NCBI GenBank assembly: GCA_041601615.1
Contig: JBFIHX010000003.1
Coordinates: 282,007 to 346,006, forward strand
Source of the DNA: Thermoplasmatota archaeon
GTDB lineage: Archaea > Thermoplasmatota > E2 > JACPAO01 > JAHFTW01
Reading direction: 5' to 3'
Length of the DNA: 64,000 nt
In this document: piece by piece, positions 1 through 10,657 of the stretch
Numbering within the stretch: the stretch's first letter is position 1
Layout: each line of letters opens with the position of its first letter
Notes under the pieces: model-generated
What the model was told of the DNA's origin: nothing
What the model saw: the letters and a program-made list of their open reading frames with translations, nothing else
Databases searched by the model: none
Translations under genes and position numbers: made by a program

Positions 1-1025
1 CTCTCGTAGTAGGCAATGGCGACTTTGCCGTCGGCGCCGGCGGCGATGGCGGGAAACACCTTGCTGTGGTTGTTGTCGGCCGCATCGACGCGAATCTTGT
101 CGGTCCAGGTGCGTCCGTCGTCGCGGCTGCCTGCGACAAAGATTTCGACCGTACCGTTGATGGCTTCGCCCCAGGTGAGGTAGACGTTTCCGGCGTCGTC
201 GGCGGCTCCCATGACGAGACTGAGGCCGAGGCCAGCGCCGTCGAAGGCAGGCCCGACGCCTTCCTCCCAAAGCATCCCGTCACGGGTGACCGAAAAGGCA
301 GGGTATTCGTCGGCGAGGTTGGTCTCGGCGGCGGCCTCGGCCACGGCGTCGGCAAGGCCGGGGCTGCGGGTGTAGGTCAGGAAGACGCTGCCGGTCGTGG
401 GGTTCCAGAATCCGCCGCCGCCCCAGGAGCTGCCGTCGGTGACCAGCAAATGGCCGTCGGGGGTCTCGGCGGGGCCGGTGGGAAGCCACGTGACACCGCA
501 GTCGGTGGTCTTCATCACCGTCTGGTAGAACGTGGGGACTTGGTGCCAGTAGAGGTATGCGGTGCAGTCCTTGGTCGGCACAACGTATTGGCGGTCGCCC
601 ACGGGGCCGTTGCAAACCACGGGGTTGTTGGTCCACGTGGCACCCCCGTCCTGGGACACGGACACCGCATTGCAAGCCAGTGCGTAGAGGCGGCTTTCCC
701 ACACGACGCCGTCTGCGTCCACTGCAAGGTCTGGGTCGTTGTTGGGAATCAACGGAAACGGATTGCCAAGGTTCTGCCATGTCGAGCCGTTGTCGTCGCT
801 GCGGTAGACCTCGCTGAAGATGTTCGTAAACAACACGCCGTCAGGAGTCACGCCCATGCTGGACTCGCCGCCGCCCCGGGTCTCCGAGATGCGCGTGATG
901 GTGGACAAAAACGGAGCCGCAAAGGGGTCTGGGGCTCCCGGATTGGCCACGGGGTCATCCGAACCGCCGTCGAGGCAGCCGGCGAGGGCGGGGAGGGTCA
1001 GGAGGATGGCCAGGAGGGGGCGCAT
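1..1025 (-). CDS. Lipoprotein with BNR/Asp-box (sialidase-like beta-propeller) repeats; 3' end runs off the window
   Basis: Not in the ORF track; read manually from ATG at 1025: MRPLLAILLTLPALAGC (lipobox), then Asp-boxes YRSDDNGSTW, VSQDGGATW, TTDCGVTW, SRDDGRTW; frame open to the window edge. Confidence 0.8.
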   Translation of the reverse strand, partial: MRPLLAILLTLPALAGCLDGGSDDPVANPGAPDPFAAPFLSTITRISETRGGGESSMGVTPDGVLFTNIFSEVYRSDDNGSTWQNLGNPFPLIPNNDPDLAVDADGVVWESRLYALACNAVSVSQDGGATWTNNPVVCNGPVGDRQYVVPTKDCTAYLYWHQVPTFYQTVMKTTDCGVTWLPTGPAETPDGHLLVTDGSSWGGGGFWNPTTGSVFLTYTRSPGLADAVAEAAAETNLADEYPAFSVTRDGMLWEEGVGPAFDGAGLGLSLVMGAADDAGNVYLTWGEAINGTVEIFVAGSRDDGRTWTDKIRVDAADNNHSKVFPAIAAGADGKVAIAYYE

Positions 1026-1080
1026 GGGCCCCGTCGCGCGGTGGAGTGGGATAAGAGTTACCGACACTGGCTCGCGTCGG

Positions 1081-1848
1081 TTAGCCGCGGAGGCGTCGAC
1101 TCGTCCCAAACCGCCACACCACCGCCACATACAACCCCACCACAAACAGCGCAAGCCCTGCCAGACTCGGCCCAACGGGAAGATCGTGCACCCCAAGCAG
1201 CCCGGCTCGCTGTGCATCGACGATGTACAGGATGGGGTTCCACTTGCTTGCTGCCGCGAGGTTGGAGGGCAGTTCGGAGACGGGGTAGAACACGCCGCCA
1301 AGGAAGGTCAACGGGGTCAATAGGAATGTCTGCGGCACGAAGACGTGGTCCCAGCGGCTCGCGGCAAGGCCCGTGAGGATTCCGAGCAACGCAAACGCGA
1401 GGCAGCCGCCTACCAGAACCGCGATGGTCAGCGGCCAGTGGATGTTCCAGCCTTCGGCGACAGGAGCGGCGACGAGAATGGTCAAGACACCGATGAGGAC
1501 GCCTCGGAAGGCGCCGCTGGCGGCGTAGGCGAGTGCAATCTGCCAGTCGCGAAGCGGCGAGGTGAGCACGTCGTCGATGTAGCCGGCGCGCCGAGCATCG
1601 AAGAGGCTGCTGCCGGTGTTGCTGAAGGCGTTGGTGAGTGCGCCTTGGGCGACCAGGCCGGGAATCAGGAAGGTGAGGTAGGGAACATCGCCGAAGCTGC
1701 CGATGCGGCCGCCGAGTGCGTGGCCGAAGACGAACAAGAACAGAGCGGCGCTGACGACGGGGGGTACGATGGTTTGCACCCAGACGTTCATGAAGCGGGC
1801 AATCTCGCGGCGGGTGAGCATGTAGGTGCCGTAGAGTTCGCTGTTCAT
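1081..1848 (-). CDS. ABC-2 type exporter permease (YadH-like)
   Basis: About 6 TM segments, REIARF, FLIPGL, FLGGVFYP, NPILY motifs; overlaps the ATPase stop. Confidence 0.9.
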   Translation of the reverse strand: MNSELYGTYMLTRREIARFMNVWVQTIVPPVVSAALFLFVFGHALGGRIGSFGDVPYLTFLIPGLVAQGALTNAFSNTGSSLFDARRAGYIDDVLTSPLRDWQIALAYAASGAFRGVLIGVLTILVAAPVAEGWNIHWPLTIAVLVGGCLAFALLGILTGLAASRWDHVFVPQTFLLTPLTFLGGVFYPVSELPSNLAAASKWNPILYIVDAQRAGLLGVHDLPVGPSLAGLALFVVGLYVAVVWRFGTSRRLRG

Positions 1849-2786
1849 GGCGCGGCCTCCTTGCGTTTGGTGAGTTGCACGAAGACGTCTTCGAGGCGGC
1901 TCTGGCTCACTTCGAGGTCCACCACGTCCACCTGGTGCTCTTCGAGTCGGCGCAGCAGGCTTCGCATGGCTTTGGTGGGGTCCGTGGATTCCAGGACGTA
2001 TCGGCCGCGGCCATCGACTGCGAATCCGTACACGGCGGGGTCCACTTGCGGGTGGAGGTTTTCGGGAGTGACGACGACGCGGCGCACGCCGTATTTGGCG
2101 CGCAGATGGTCGGGGGCTCCGGATTCCACGACGCGTCCCTTGTCCATGACGGTGACGGTGCCGCAGAGCGCCTCGGCCTCTTCCAGGTAGTGCGTGGTGA
2201 GAAGGACGGTCATGCCTTCTTCCTCGTTGAGGCGGCGCACGTGTTCCCAGAGGTTGCGGCGCAGTTCCACGTCGACGCCGGCGGTGGGCTCGTCGAGCAC
2301 CAGGAGCTTCGGGTCGTGCATCAGGGCTCGAGCCAGGAGCAGGCGTCGCTTCATGCCGCCGCTGAGGGTGCTGCTGCGCTTTTGCCGATAATCGTAGAGG
2401 TCGAAGAATTTCAGGAGGTGGCGCGCGCGGTCGATCGCCTTGGCATAGGGCATGCCGAAGTAGCCGGCGTGGTAGGCGAGGATCCGTTCGAGACCCAAGA
2501 AGTCGTCAAAGTTCGGCTCTTGCGGGCAGACACCGATGAGGCGGCGGGCGGCGGCGGGGTCGGTCCAGCAGTTCTTGCCGAACACCTCGACGGTGCCGCT
2601 GGTGGGGCGCACGAGGCCGGTGATGGTGCCGATGGTGGTGGTCTTGCCTGCGCCGTTGGGCCCAAGGAGGCCAAAGAACGCGCCTTCGTCCACGGTGAGG
2701 TCGAGTCCGTCCACGGCGGGCTTGCCGTCGTAGGATTTGACGAGGTTCCGGATGCGGATGGCGGGCGCGTCGGTGGTGCTAGGCAC
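1845..2786 (-). CDS. ABC exporter ATP-binding subunit
   Basis: Walker A GPNGAGKTT, signature LSGGMKRR, Walker B LLVLDEPT, H-loop LTTHY. Confidence 0.95.
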   Translation of the reverse strand: MPSTTDAPAIRIRNLVKSYDGKPAVDGLDLTVDEGAFFGLLGPNGAGKTTTIGTITGLVRPTSGTVEVFGKNCWTDPAAARRLIGVCPQEPNFDDFLGLERILAYHAGYFGMPYAKAIDRARHLLKFFDLYDYRQKRSSTLSGGMKRRLLLARALMHDPKLLVLDEPTAGVDVELRRNLWEHVRRLNEEEGMTVLLTTHYLEEAEALCGTVTVMDKGRVVESGAPDHLRAKYGVRRVVVTPENLHPQVDPAVYGFAVDGRGRYVLESTDPTKAMRSLLRRLEEHQVDVVDLEVSQSRLEDVFVQLTKRKEAAP

Positions 2787-3144
2787 AGCTCAACACCCGC
2801 ACCCGGTACCGCTCGTCGTCTAGCGTGACGATGAGTTCCTTTTCGTCGCCGGCCACGCCGTAGTGGTCCCACAGCGCCGCTTCTTGCTCCGGGGTCCACT
2901 TCAGGTGTTCGTGTGCGCCGGCTTCGAGGCTGCGCAGAATGCGGTCGAGGTCGGGCCACATCGCTGCGTCGGATTGGGTCCAGGCTACGGCGACTGCGTC
3001 GGCGCTCGGTTCGCATTGGGTTTCTAGGCAGTGGCGGACTTCGAGCAGGGGTTCGCACTCGATGCAGCCGGAGGCGCCCACGAGAGCGAGCGCAAGGGTG
3101 AGAATGGCGAAGGTGGGAAGCAAGCGCACGGGCGGGGACCTCAC
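2779..3144 (-). CDS. Small secreted or lipoprotein, hypothetical
   Basis: Hydrophobic N-terminus ending ASGC; overlaps both neighbours in the operon. Confidence 0.6.
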   Translation of the reverse strand: MRSPPVRLLPTFAILTLALALVGASGCIECEPLLEVRHCLETQCEPSADAVAVAWTQSDAAMWPDLDRILRSLEAGAHEHLKWTPEQEAALWDHYGVAGDEKELIVTLDDERYRVRVLSCA

Positions 3145-4424
3145 CGGAAGCGGCGGTAGGTGTCGATGCCTCGGTAGGTGGCGGCGTCTCCGAGGCCTTC
3201 TTCGATGCGCAGAAGCTCGTTGTACTTGGCGACTCGGTCGCTGCGGGCGGGGGCGCCGGTTTTGATTTGGCCGGCGTTGGTGGCGACCGCGAGGTGCGCG
3301 ATGATCGAGTCTTCGGTCTCGCCGCTGCGGTGGCTGACGACGTTGCTGAATCCGGCGTTCTCGGCCATGCGCATGACGTCGAGGGTTTCGGTCAGGGTGC
3401 CGATTTGGTTGACCTTGATGAGGATGGAGTTGGCTTCCTTGTCTTGGATGCCGGTGGCGAGGCGTTGTTGGTTGGTGACGAAGAGGTCGTCGCCGACGAG
3501 TTGGCAGCGGTCGCCGAGTTTCTTGGTTTGGTGGATCCAGCCGGCGTGGTCGTCTTCGCTCATACCGTCTTCGATGCTGATGATGGGGAAGCGGTCTGCG
3601 AGGTCTTCGTAGAAGGCGACGGTTTCTTCGCTGCTCTTTTTGCCGTCGACGCCGAAGTCGTATTCGCCCTTCTTAGGGTCGTAGAATTCGGTGGCGGCAA
3701 CGTCGAGGGCGAGCAGGAGGTCGCTGCCCATTTCGTAGCCGGCGTTGCGGGCGGCTTTTTCGATGTAGGTCAGAGCGTCGACGTTGCTCGGGAGGTTGGG
3801 GGCGAAGCCGCCTTCGTCTCCTACGGCGGTGGCGAGTCCGTCGGCTTTGAGGGCCTTCTTGAGGTGGTGGTAGACCTCGACGCCCATGCGCATGGATTCT
3901 TGGAAGGTGTCGGCGCCGACGGGGGCGATCATGAATTCTTGGATGGACACGTTGTTGGCTGCGTGGGCGCCGCCGTTGAGGATGTTCATCAGGGGTACGG
4001 GGAGGACGCGACCGTTTTGGCCTCCGAGGTACATGTGGAGGGGCACTTGGAGCTCATCGGCGGCGGCGCGGGCGGTGGCGAGGCTCACGGCGAGTACGGC
4101 GTTGGCGCCGAGGTTGGCTTTGTTGGGGGAGTCGTCCAGTTCGAGCATCAAGTGGTCGATGCCGGTTTGGTCGAAGACGTCCATGCCTTGGACGGCGGCG
4201 GCGATTTGGTCGTTGACGTTGCGTACGGCGTCTTGGACGCCTTTGCCCATGTAGCGGGTGCCGCCGTCGCGTAGTTCGACGGCTTCGTGGGTGCCGGTGC
4301 TGGCGCCGCTGGGGACGATGGCGCGGCCCATGGCCCCGGTGTCGGTGACGACCTCCGCTTCTACCGTGGGGTTGCCTCGGCTGTCGAGCACTTCGCGAGC
4401 ATGGACGGACAGGATGCCGGTCAC
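3141..4424 (-). CDS. eno: Enolase
   Basis: [44 protein letters not shown]. Confidence 0.98.
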   Translation of the reverse strand: MTGILSVHAREVLDSRGNPTVEAEVVTDTGAMGRAIVPSGASTGTHEAVELRDGGTRYMGKGVQDAVRNVNDQIAAAVQGMDVFDQTGIDHLMLELDDSPNKANLGANAVLAVSLATARAAADELQVPLHMYLGGQNGRVLPVPLMNILNGGAHAANNVSIQEFMIAPVGADTFQESMRMGVEVYHHLKKALKADGLATAVGDEGGFAPNLPSNVDALTYIEKAARNAGYEMGSDLLLALDVAATEFYDPKKGEYDFGVDGKKSSEETVAFYEDLADRFPIISIEDGMSEDDHAGWIHQTKKLGDRCQLVGDDLFVTNQQRLATGIQDKEANSILIKVNQIGTLTETLDVMRMAENAGFSNVVSHRSGETEDSIIAHLAVATNAGQIKTGAPARSDRVAKYNELLRIEEGLGDAATYRGIDTYRRFR

Positions 4425-4489
4425 GAGGGGCGCGAGTGAGCGGTTCCATAAGACGGCGACGGCTCAAGCGGGCCGCGGCATGGGCTGTT

Positions 4490-5737
4490 TTAGTCGAAGC
4501 TGTGTGCGGTTTGGGCTTTCTCCTTAGCAACGCGCGTCACGCCCACGAACAGGGGCCGCACGAGGTGGATTTGGCGCACGGCAAGGGCCACCAGAAGCGG
4601 GGCGGCGGCTAGTGGCACGAAGGCGAACCACCAGCTTTGGGCATCGGGGATGATGTTGTTGTCGTAGCTGGGGCGCCATTGGTAGGCGGCAAGTAGCACG
4701 AATTGTACGGCGGCCCAGGCGACGAAGATGAGGCCGGCGGCGTGGGCGAGGACGAATGCTTTGGCGTCGCGGTTGGTGGCGCTGGTGATGACGCCTCCGA
4801 GGGTTGCGATGAAGCCGGCAAAGAAGGTGGTCCAGGCGGCGGCGGTGAGCACTTTGAGGCTGAAGCTTGCGTGGGCAAACAGGGGCACGCCGACGGTGTC
4901 GCTGGTGGGGGCGATGGTGAGGATGCCGCCGTAGAGGCCGTTGGCGTCGCTGCCGAAGCCGTCGCCTTCGAGGTCCACTTGCAGAATGGCGAGGTTGGCG
5001 CCGGCGCTGGCGCCCCAGGCACTGTACCAGTCGAGGCGGCCTTCGCAGACGGCGCTTTGGTTGCATTCGTTGTTGTCGCGGCGTTCGTCGCCGTCGAGGA
5101 TTTGGAAGCTCCAGGGAACCGCGAGCATGGCGACGAGGATGATGGCGGCGAGGGTGATGGTGCGGGTGTGTTGTTTGGCGGCGTCGCGTAGGCCGTCGCG
5201 GGTGCTGATGACGCCGGTTGCGACGCGAAGGAAGACTCGGAGCATGAACAGGGCGCCGCCGGCTATGAGCAGGGGGCTGATGATCCAGAGGCGGTCGGTT
5301 TCGTGGGGATTGCTGCTGAGCACCCCAAGCAAGGTGGTAAAGCCGGTGCCGATCCAGTAGGCGGTGCTTGCTAGTGCCATCCAGGCTCCGGTAGCACCCA
5401 CGAGGGCGAGGCCCCAGCCGGTGTAGCGGGCTACGTTGACGCCCATGGGCATGAGGCCGAAGATGAGCAGGAGCGTGCCTGCTACGAGTGCGATGAGGAT
5501 GCCGCTGAAGGCTATGTCGGGGTTGGGGAGGTTGTAGCGGCTGCCGGTGTCGAAGTCGGCTGCGATGTCTGCGACGCTGACGGTGTCGTCGTCGAGGCCG
5601 GCGCGGTTTTGGTCGGCGGGGTGGTCGACGATGCCGAAGGGGACGGCGAACTGGATGACCAGGAGTACAAGGGCTGTCAAGAATGCTACAAGCGAGGGGG
5701 TTCCGTAATGTCCGATTTTCATGCGCGTGCGGTCCAC
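4490..5737 (-). CDS. Polytopic membrane protein, paralog 1 of 3
   Basis: About 8 hydrophobic segments; motifs shared with the two upstream genes. Confidence 0.8.
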   Translation of the reverse strand: MDRTRMKIGHYGTPSLVAFLTALVLLVIQFAVPFGIVDHPADQNRAGLDDDTVSVADIAADFDTGSRYNLPNPDIAFSGILIALVAGTLLLIFGLMPMGVNVARYTGWGLALVGATGAWMALASTAYWIGTGFTTLLGVLSSNPHETDRLWIISPLLIAGGALFMLRVFLRVATGVISTRDGLRDAAKQHTRTITLAAIILVAMLAVPWSFQILDGDERRDNNECNQSAVCEGRLDWYSAWGASAGANLAILQVDLEGDGFGSDANGLYGGILTIAPTSDTVGVPLFAHASFSLKVLTAAAWTTFFAGFIATLGGVITSATNRDAKAFVLAHAAGLIFVAWAAVQFVLLAAYQWRPSYDNNIIPDAQSWWFAFVPLAAAPLLVALAVRQIHLVRPLFVGVTRVAKEKAQTAHSFD

Positions 5738-6871
5738 CTAGGCGTCAAAGTCTGCCGCCTTCGTGGCGGGAGAAGCGGCTCCCATGAAAGACTTCAGGGT
5801 CGGTAGGTGTTGCCGTAGGAGCATCCACGCGGGCACGAGCACCAAAAGCGGGAAGAATCCGGGAAGGAAGGTGTGCTCGGTCGTTCCGTTGGGTGTAAAC
5901 AGGACCCATGTGATGATGTAGAAGATGCAGGAGAGGGCCCAGAATAGGCCCACGGCCCAGATGCCGAGGTCTGCGGTGCGCAGGATCTTGGGGTCGGCGC
6001 CGGTGCTGACGTGGATGGCGGCGGCGGGCCAGACGAGGTGCCAAACGTAGGCGGTCCAGGTGAGGCCTAGGAGGATGTGGAGGGCGAGCGATAGGGCTCC
6101 GAAGTCGCCGTCGCGGGTGAAGCGCATGCGGCCACCGTCTACGCCTTCGGCGGGGGTGATGCTTTGGGCGTCTTCGGCGCTAAAAAAGTAGGGTGCGTCG
6201 TCGTCTCCGAGGTCAAAGTCGGCAAAGTCGCTGGTGCCGTCGGGCATGAGGCCGATGCTCCAGGGTACTAGGAGGATGGTGCCCATCATGGCGAGGGCGA
6301 GCACGGCGCTGCGGCCGTGGTGCTGGGCGCGTTCGCGTAGGTGGTCTTTGCTGCTGACGACGGTGGTCATCACTTTGAGGGAGAACACCAGAAGCGCCAT
6401 GGATGCGGCGGCGACGAATACGGGGCTGATGGCCCAGAAGTTGCTGAGGAATTTGGTGCCGAAGATGGTGCCGAGGAAGGTGCTGAATCCGGTGCCTACC
6501 GAATACATGCTGCTCATCCACATCAGTCCGGCGCCGAGGGCGGTCATGGCGCCGCCGCCGTAGCCGACCAAGCGTGCGGCGGTCACTTGCAGGGGTTGGT
6601 ATCCTAGGATGAGGAGGAGGGCGGCGCCGAATACGGCGAGGAGGGATCCGGCGAGGGTGACGGTGGGGCTTGGGTTGTTGGCCACGAGCTCGGCGGGCAG
6701 GAAGTCTCGTTGTTCCATGACGTCGCCGCGCCAAACCACTACGTCGTCGGGGGCTGCGGCGCTTCGGAACTCCACGACGCCGTAGGGCACGGCAAAGTGC
6801 AGCAGGAGAGCGGCGACGGCGAGGCCGGCGACGATCCAGGATGGGCGTCCGAAGTGTCCGTAGCTTTCCAT
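5738..6871 (-). CDS. Polytopic membrane protein, paralog 2 of 3
   Basis: FAVPYGVV, GTGFSTFLG, WAISP, LRERAQHH, VPWS match paralog 1. Confidence 0.8.
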   Translation of the reverse strand: MESYGHFGRPSWIVAGLAVAALLLHFAVPYGVVEFRSAAAPDDVVVWRGDVMEQRDFLPAELVANNPSPTVTLAGSLLAVFGAALLLILGYQPLQVTAARLVGYGGGAMTALGAGLMWMSSMYSVGTGFSTFLGTIFGTKFLSNFWAISPVFVAAASMALLVFSLKVMTTVVSSKDHLRERAQHHGRSAVLALAMMGTILLVPWSIGLMPDGTSDFADFDLGDDDAPYFFSAEDAQSITPAEGVDGGRMRFTRDGDFGALSLALHILLGLTWTAYVWHLVWPAAAIHVSTGADPKILRTADLGIWAVGLFWALSCIFYIITWVLFTPNGTTEHTFLPGFFPLLVLVPAWMLLRQHLPTLKSFMGAASPATKAADFDA

Positions 6872-6872
6872 G

Positions 6873-8045
6873 CTAATCGTAGGTGATGGGTTCGGGGAAG
6901 TCGTCTGCGAGTAGGGTGCCTGATTCGCGCATGAGGGTGCGGGAGATGGCGATTTGGGAGAGGAGGCCCATGAATACGGGAATCAGGGCGCCGAGGCCGA
7001 GGATAAGTCCGCGGTCGTCGATATCGGCGTTGGGGCGATGCAGCAGGAGCACGATGAGGCTTGTGAGAATGAACAGGCCGACGTTGGCGGTGATGCCGGC
7101 GTAGACGGAGCCTTGCCAGAGGTTGCCGAGGTTGCGGTCGCCTTGGGCGCCTAGGAGGGTGCCGTGGGTTCCAAGCACGGTTGCGAGGCCGGCAAGGAGG
7201 ACGGCGGAGAAGCCGAGCCAGAGGGCGCGGCCGAGGTCTTCGTATTGGACGAGGTTGCCTCGGTTGGTTTCTTCGGCGGCGCGGCTGGTGCCTTCGTGGA
7301 TGCGATAGGTGTCGTAGGCGCTGAACCAGAATGTGTCGTTGTCTGTGGCGGTGGCGCCGTTGTTGTTGCCGAGGTTGTCGGGCAGTTCTTGGGCGCTTAG
7401 TGGTGCTGCAAACAGCACGGCGAGGACGATGAGGGCCATCCAGCCGGCGCGGGTGTGCAATGCGGCTTGGGGGCGTAGGTCGAATTCGCCGGTGGCGCGT
7501 GCGGCGAGGCCTCGCGCTTGGACGATGACTGCGGCTAGTGCTAGGCCCAGGACGAGTGTCGGGGCGATGGTCCAGACACTGCTGTAGGCGTCGGGGGTAA
7601 ATGGACCGGTGCGAAGGAGCGCGGCGGGTGCGTCGAAGCCGGCGATGGTGTGCACGAGTGTTGTCAGGAGGCGGCCGGTCCAGAGGGCGCTGTAGTGGAT
7701 GGTGGCGGTGGCGCCTGCGAGGGTGGTGGCGAGGCCGGCCACGATGAGTCCATGGCGGTTGCGGCGGTCGCCGAGCCAGGCAAGTGCGGTTCCGGTGGCA
7801 AGCACGACGGCGGAGATGGCTCCGTATAGGGCTGCGGCGCCGGGGACGGTTTCATGGTCGAGGTCCCAGGAGAGTTGGTCCCACCAGAAGCGCAGTTCCG
7901 TGGTGGAGGTCTGGTTGGGCGCTTCGTCTTGCAAGAAAACGTGGGGTGCTGCGGCCAGCACGGTGAGTGCTAGGCCTGCGAGCACTAGCGCGGCAAAGAG
8001 GGCTCGCGAGGGGCGTTTTTCGGGTTGTGTTGTTGCGTCAACCAC
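6873..8045 (-). CDS. Polytopic membrane protein, paralog 3 of 3
   Basis: WTIAP, LRPQAALHTR, WFSA motifs in the same order as in paralogs 1 and 2. Confidence 0.75.
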   Translation of the reverse strand: MVDATTQPEKRPSRALFAALVLAGLALTVLAAAPHVFLQDEAPNQTSTTELRFWWDQLSWDLDHETVPGAAALYGAISAVVLATGTALAWLGDRRNRHGLIVAGLATTLAGATATIHYSALWTGRLLTTLVHTIAGFDAPAALLRTGPFTPDAYSSVWTIAPTLVLGLALAAVIVQARGLAARATGEFDLRPQAALHTRAGWMALIVLAVLFAAPLSAQELPDNLGNNNGATATDNDTFWFSAYDTYRIHEGTSRAAEETNRGNLVQYEDLGRALWLGFSAVLLAGLATVLGTHGTLLGAQGDRNLGNLWQGSVYAGITANVGLFILTSLIVLLLHRPNADIDDRGLILGLGALIPVFMGLLSQIAISRTLMRESGTLLADDFPEPITYD

Positions 8046-8075
8046 CGGGAATCGGGCAACGACCCTGGGCCGGGG

Positions 8076-9158
8076 TCAAAAGGTTTGGGCGGGTAGGCTT
8101 GAAACGACTCGGTCCAGCGCCGCCAGCCCCTCTCGCAGTGGCCCGGGTTTGATGCCGAGGCTGATTCGAACGTGTCCGGGGGTCCCGAAGCCTTCGCCGG
8201 GAATGACGAGGACGCCGTTTTGGATGGCTTGGATTGCAATTTCGGTCGCCTCATGCATGGCGGGAAACGCCGTGAGTCCGATGGGTCCTGCATCGCGGCC
8301 GGTATCTTCGCACCAAGTTTGGTAGATGGCGTGCGTGGCGGCGAGGCGTTGGTCCAATAATTCGCGTGCTTCGGCTTCGCGGGCAAGCAGGTGCAGGCCG
8401 ATGCGGGAGCCGACGACGGGGTTGGAAAGGGAGGCGAGGCGGTGTACCTGCATGATGCGGTCCGTGTCGGGGGCGGTGGCGGCGAGCCAGCCGGTGCGGA
8501 TGCCGGGGGCCCCCCAGCATTTGTTGAATCCGCTGGTGGTGATGCAGGCGTCGTGTTGGTCGGCGGCGATGACGTGGTCTGTGAGTTCGCGGTAGACTTG
8601 GTCCACGAGTACGCGGGCGCCGACGTTGGCGGCGATGGCTCCGAGTGCTTCCAGGTCCTCGGCGCTGGCGGCGGCCCCGGTGGGGTTGTTGGGGCTGGTG
8701 AGGAGAACGAGTGCGGTGTTCGAGTCGGTGGCTTTTGCTACGTCGGCGGGGTCGAGTCGCCAGTTTTGGCCGGGGTCGCGGTCTACGAATCGGACTTCGG
8801 CGCCAAGGCCTCGGGCAAGGTGTGGCAGTGGCGCGTAGTAGGGTCGTTCGCAGACCACGTTGCAGCCGGGGCCAAGGAAGGTCAGGAGGGTGGCGAGGTT
8901 GGCGCCGGTGGTGCCGGAGGTGACGATGAGTTCGTCGTCGGCGCGGTTCCAGCGCTGGGCAAGGGCCGCACGCAATTCGGTGGCGGGGTCGAGGTCTATC
9001 CAGGCTAGGTCTTTGGCTTCGAGTTCGAGGCCGTCGAGGCGGCCGGCCCAGGGGGCGACGAAGGCACTGGAACCCAGGTTGTGCTTCGGCGCGCCGTGCT
9101 TCCATGCTCGGGCGAGCCATTCCACGTGGTCGAAGGCTGGAAACTCCACGCGCTGCAA
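8076..9158 (-). CDS. PLP-dependent aminotransferase class I/II
   Basis: TSPNNPTG, VDQVY, GFNKCWGAPGIRTGW (PLP lysine). Confidence 0.9.
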   Translation of the reverse strand: MQRVEFPAFDHVEWLARAWKHGAPKHNLGSSAFVAPWAGRLDGLELEAKDLAWIDLDPATELRAALAQRWNRADDELIVTSGTTGANLATLLTFLGPGCNVVCERPYYAPLPHLARGLGAEVRFVDRDPGQNWRLDPADVAKATDSNTALVLLTSPNNPTGAAASAEDLEALGAIAANVGARVLVDQVYRELTDHVIAADQHDACITTSGFNKCWGAPGIRTGWLAATAPDTDRIMQVHRLASLSNPVVGSRIGLHLLAREAEARELLDQRLAATHAIYQTWCEDTGRDAGPIGLTAFPAMHEATEIAIQAIQNGVLVIPGEGFGTPGHVRISLGIKPGPLREGLAALDRVVSSLPAQTF

Positions 9159-9236
9159 CAGCGGCTGGCCTTCATTTGTCTGGCGACCCCCTACGCCTAT
9201 GGTTTATCTGGAACGGTTCGATGGCGAACCGCCCTC

Positions 9237-10403
9237 ATGGACCCTCGGTTTCCCGCGATGCTCCTGTTGCCGTTGCTGCTCTTGCCCCTAGTTGATCCCA
9301 TTGCCGCGCAATCGGCCCCGGTGCCGGGCGCGGGCGCGAATCCTGAGCCCACGGTGCTGTTTTTGACGGGGATTGTGGACGAGGGGATCGATGGATCGAG
9401 CGGCAATACGCTTGGCGACACTTTGGCAGGAACGGATCAATCGGTGACACTCTTGCCTTTGGTGGGCGGCTCCATCCAACTTCCCGGGGTCGGACAACAG
9501 GAGGCCACTTGGGACAGCACCGAGCCGTGGCCAGAGGACCATGAATTGTTGGCCGACGTGCGCGTGGATGTGTGGATTCAAGGAGTTGCCAAATTGCGCG
9601 TCGAACTGTACGACGTGGCTCCGGATGGCGCGGTTCGGCTCTTGGGCGAGGATGTGCGTACCGTCAGCCGCCAGGAAACCGCCCCGATTCTGGCGACCTT
9701 TGAGTTGGCAACGGAGGGCGAGGTGATGCAGCAGTACCACGGTTTGCGGCTTCTAGTCGCCATTGATGACCTGACCAGCATCGTCACTTTGCACTACGAT
9801 GCCGCCGATACGCCTGCCGCGGTAACCCTCACGCATGCGCCGCTCGACTCGGACAAGGACGGCATCCGCGACCGGGAAGAACGAGCGCTCGGAACGGACC
9901 CCCTTGACCCCAAGGACCCCGACGACCGCATCTCCGACTCCGACCGCGATGGACTTTCGGACACCCGCGAACGGAGCCTCGGAACCAACCCCGACAATCC
10001 AGATTCCGATGGCGACGGTTGGAGCGACGGCGCCGAAGTCGTGCTCGGAACCAATCCCCTAGACGGCGCCGACTTGCCCACGGACACGGACGCCGACGGC
10101 CTCGCGGACGCATGGGAACGCAGGCACTTTGGCGACCTCTCGGCCAACGCGGATGGCGACCCGGATGGCGACGGGCTCGTGAACATGCTGGAACAACAAT
10201 ACGGAACCAATCCAAGAGACGCGGACTCGGACGACGACGGCACCGACGACGGCATGGAAGTGGCGCAAGGACGCGACCCACGCGACGCCGTGGACCGCAG
10301 CGACCCAGAGCCCCGCGTGGTGGAACTCGTGGCCGGCATCCTCCTTGCCCTCGCGACCATTTCCTTTGCCACCGTCGGCCTACTTCGGAGGCACGCCCTA
10401 TGA
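9237..10403 (+). CDS. Secreted, C-terminally anchored protein with DxDxDG (thrombospondin-3-like, Ca-binding) repeats
   Basis: Signal peptide, repeated D(S/T)DxDGxxDxxE..GT(N/D)P units, C-terminal TM followed by RR. Confidence 0.85.
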   Translation: MDPRFPAMLLLPLLLLPLVDPIAAQSAPVPGAGANPEPTVLFLTGIVDEGIDGSSGNTLGDTLAGTDQSVTLLPLVGGSIQLPGVGQQEATWDSTEPWPEDHELLADVRVDVWIQGVAKLRVELYDVAPDGAVRLLGEDVRTVSRQETAPILATFELATEGEVMQQYHGLRLLVAIDDLTSIVTLHYDAADTPAAVTLTHAPLDSDKDGIRDREERALGTDPLDPKDPDDRISDSDRDGLSDTRERSLGTNPDNPDSDGDGWSDGAEVVLGTNPLDGADLPTDTDADGLADAWERRHFGDLSANADGDPDGDGLVNMLEQQYGTNPRDADSDDDGTDDGMEVAQGRDPRDAVDRSDPEPRVVELVAGILLALATISFATVGLLRRHAL

Positions 10404-10657
10404 GAAAACGGAGCATCCGATTCCTGCTCAAATGGAGCTTTCCGCTGACGTTTGCCCTGCTCGCTTTCGTGGTCGCGGACTTCTGGCTGTGGAACAGTGA
10501 GGCGATGATCGTCTTGCTTGGCCTCATGACCCTCCTGTTGGTCGCGGTGCTCGTGTTGCTCGTCCTCGAAGACCGCCCCAAATTCCTGCGCATCGACCTC
10601 GACGAACGCATCGAACCCTCGACCACCGTCATCTACCCTCGTGATCCTCATGGCTGA
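10400..10657 (+). CDS. Small 2-TM membrane protein
   Basis: ATG at 10400 overlaps upstream TGA (ATGA); MRKRSIRFLLKWSFPL..., two hydrophobic helices. Confidence 0.75.
   Translation: MRKRSIRFLLKWSFPLTFALLAFVVADFWLWNSEAMIVLLGLMTLLLVAVLVLLVLEDRPKFLRIDLDERIEPSTTVIYPRDPHG

Noticed and set aside
66-1376. 436-aa + strand ORF and similar long antisense ORFs (e.g. 3267-4274, 18358-20025, 21611-22981)
   Set aside because: Shadow frames of recognisable opposite-strand genes in GC-rich DNA.
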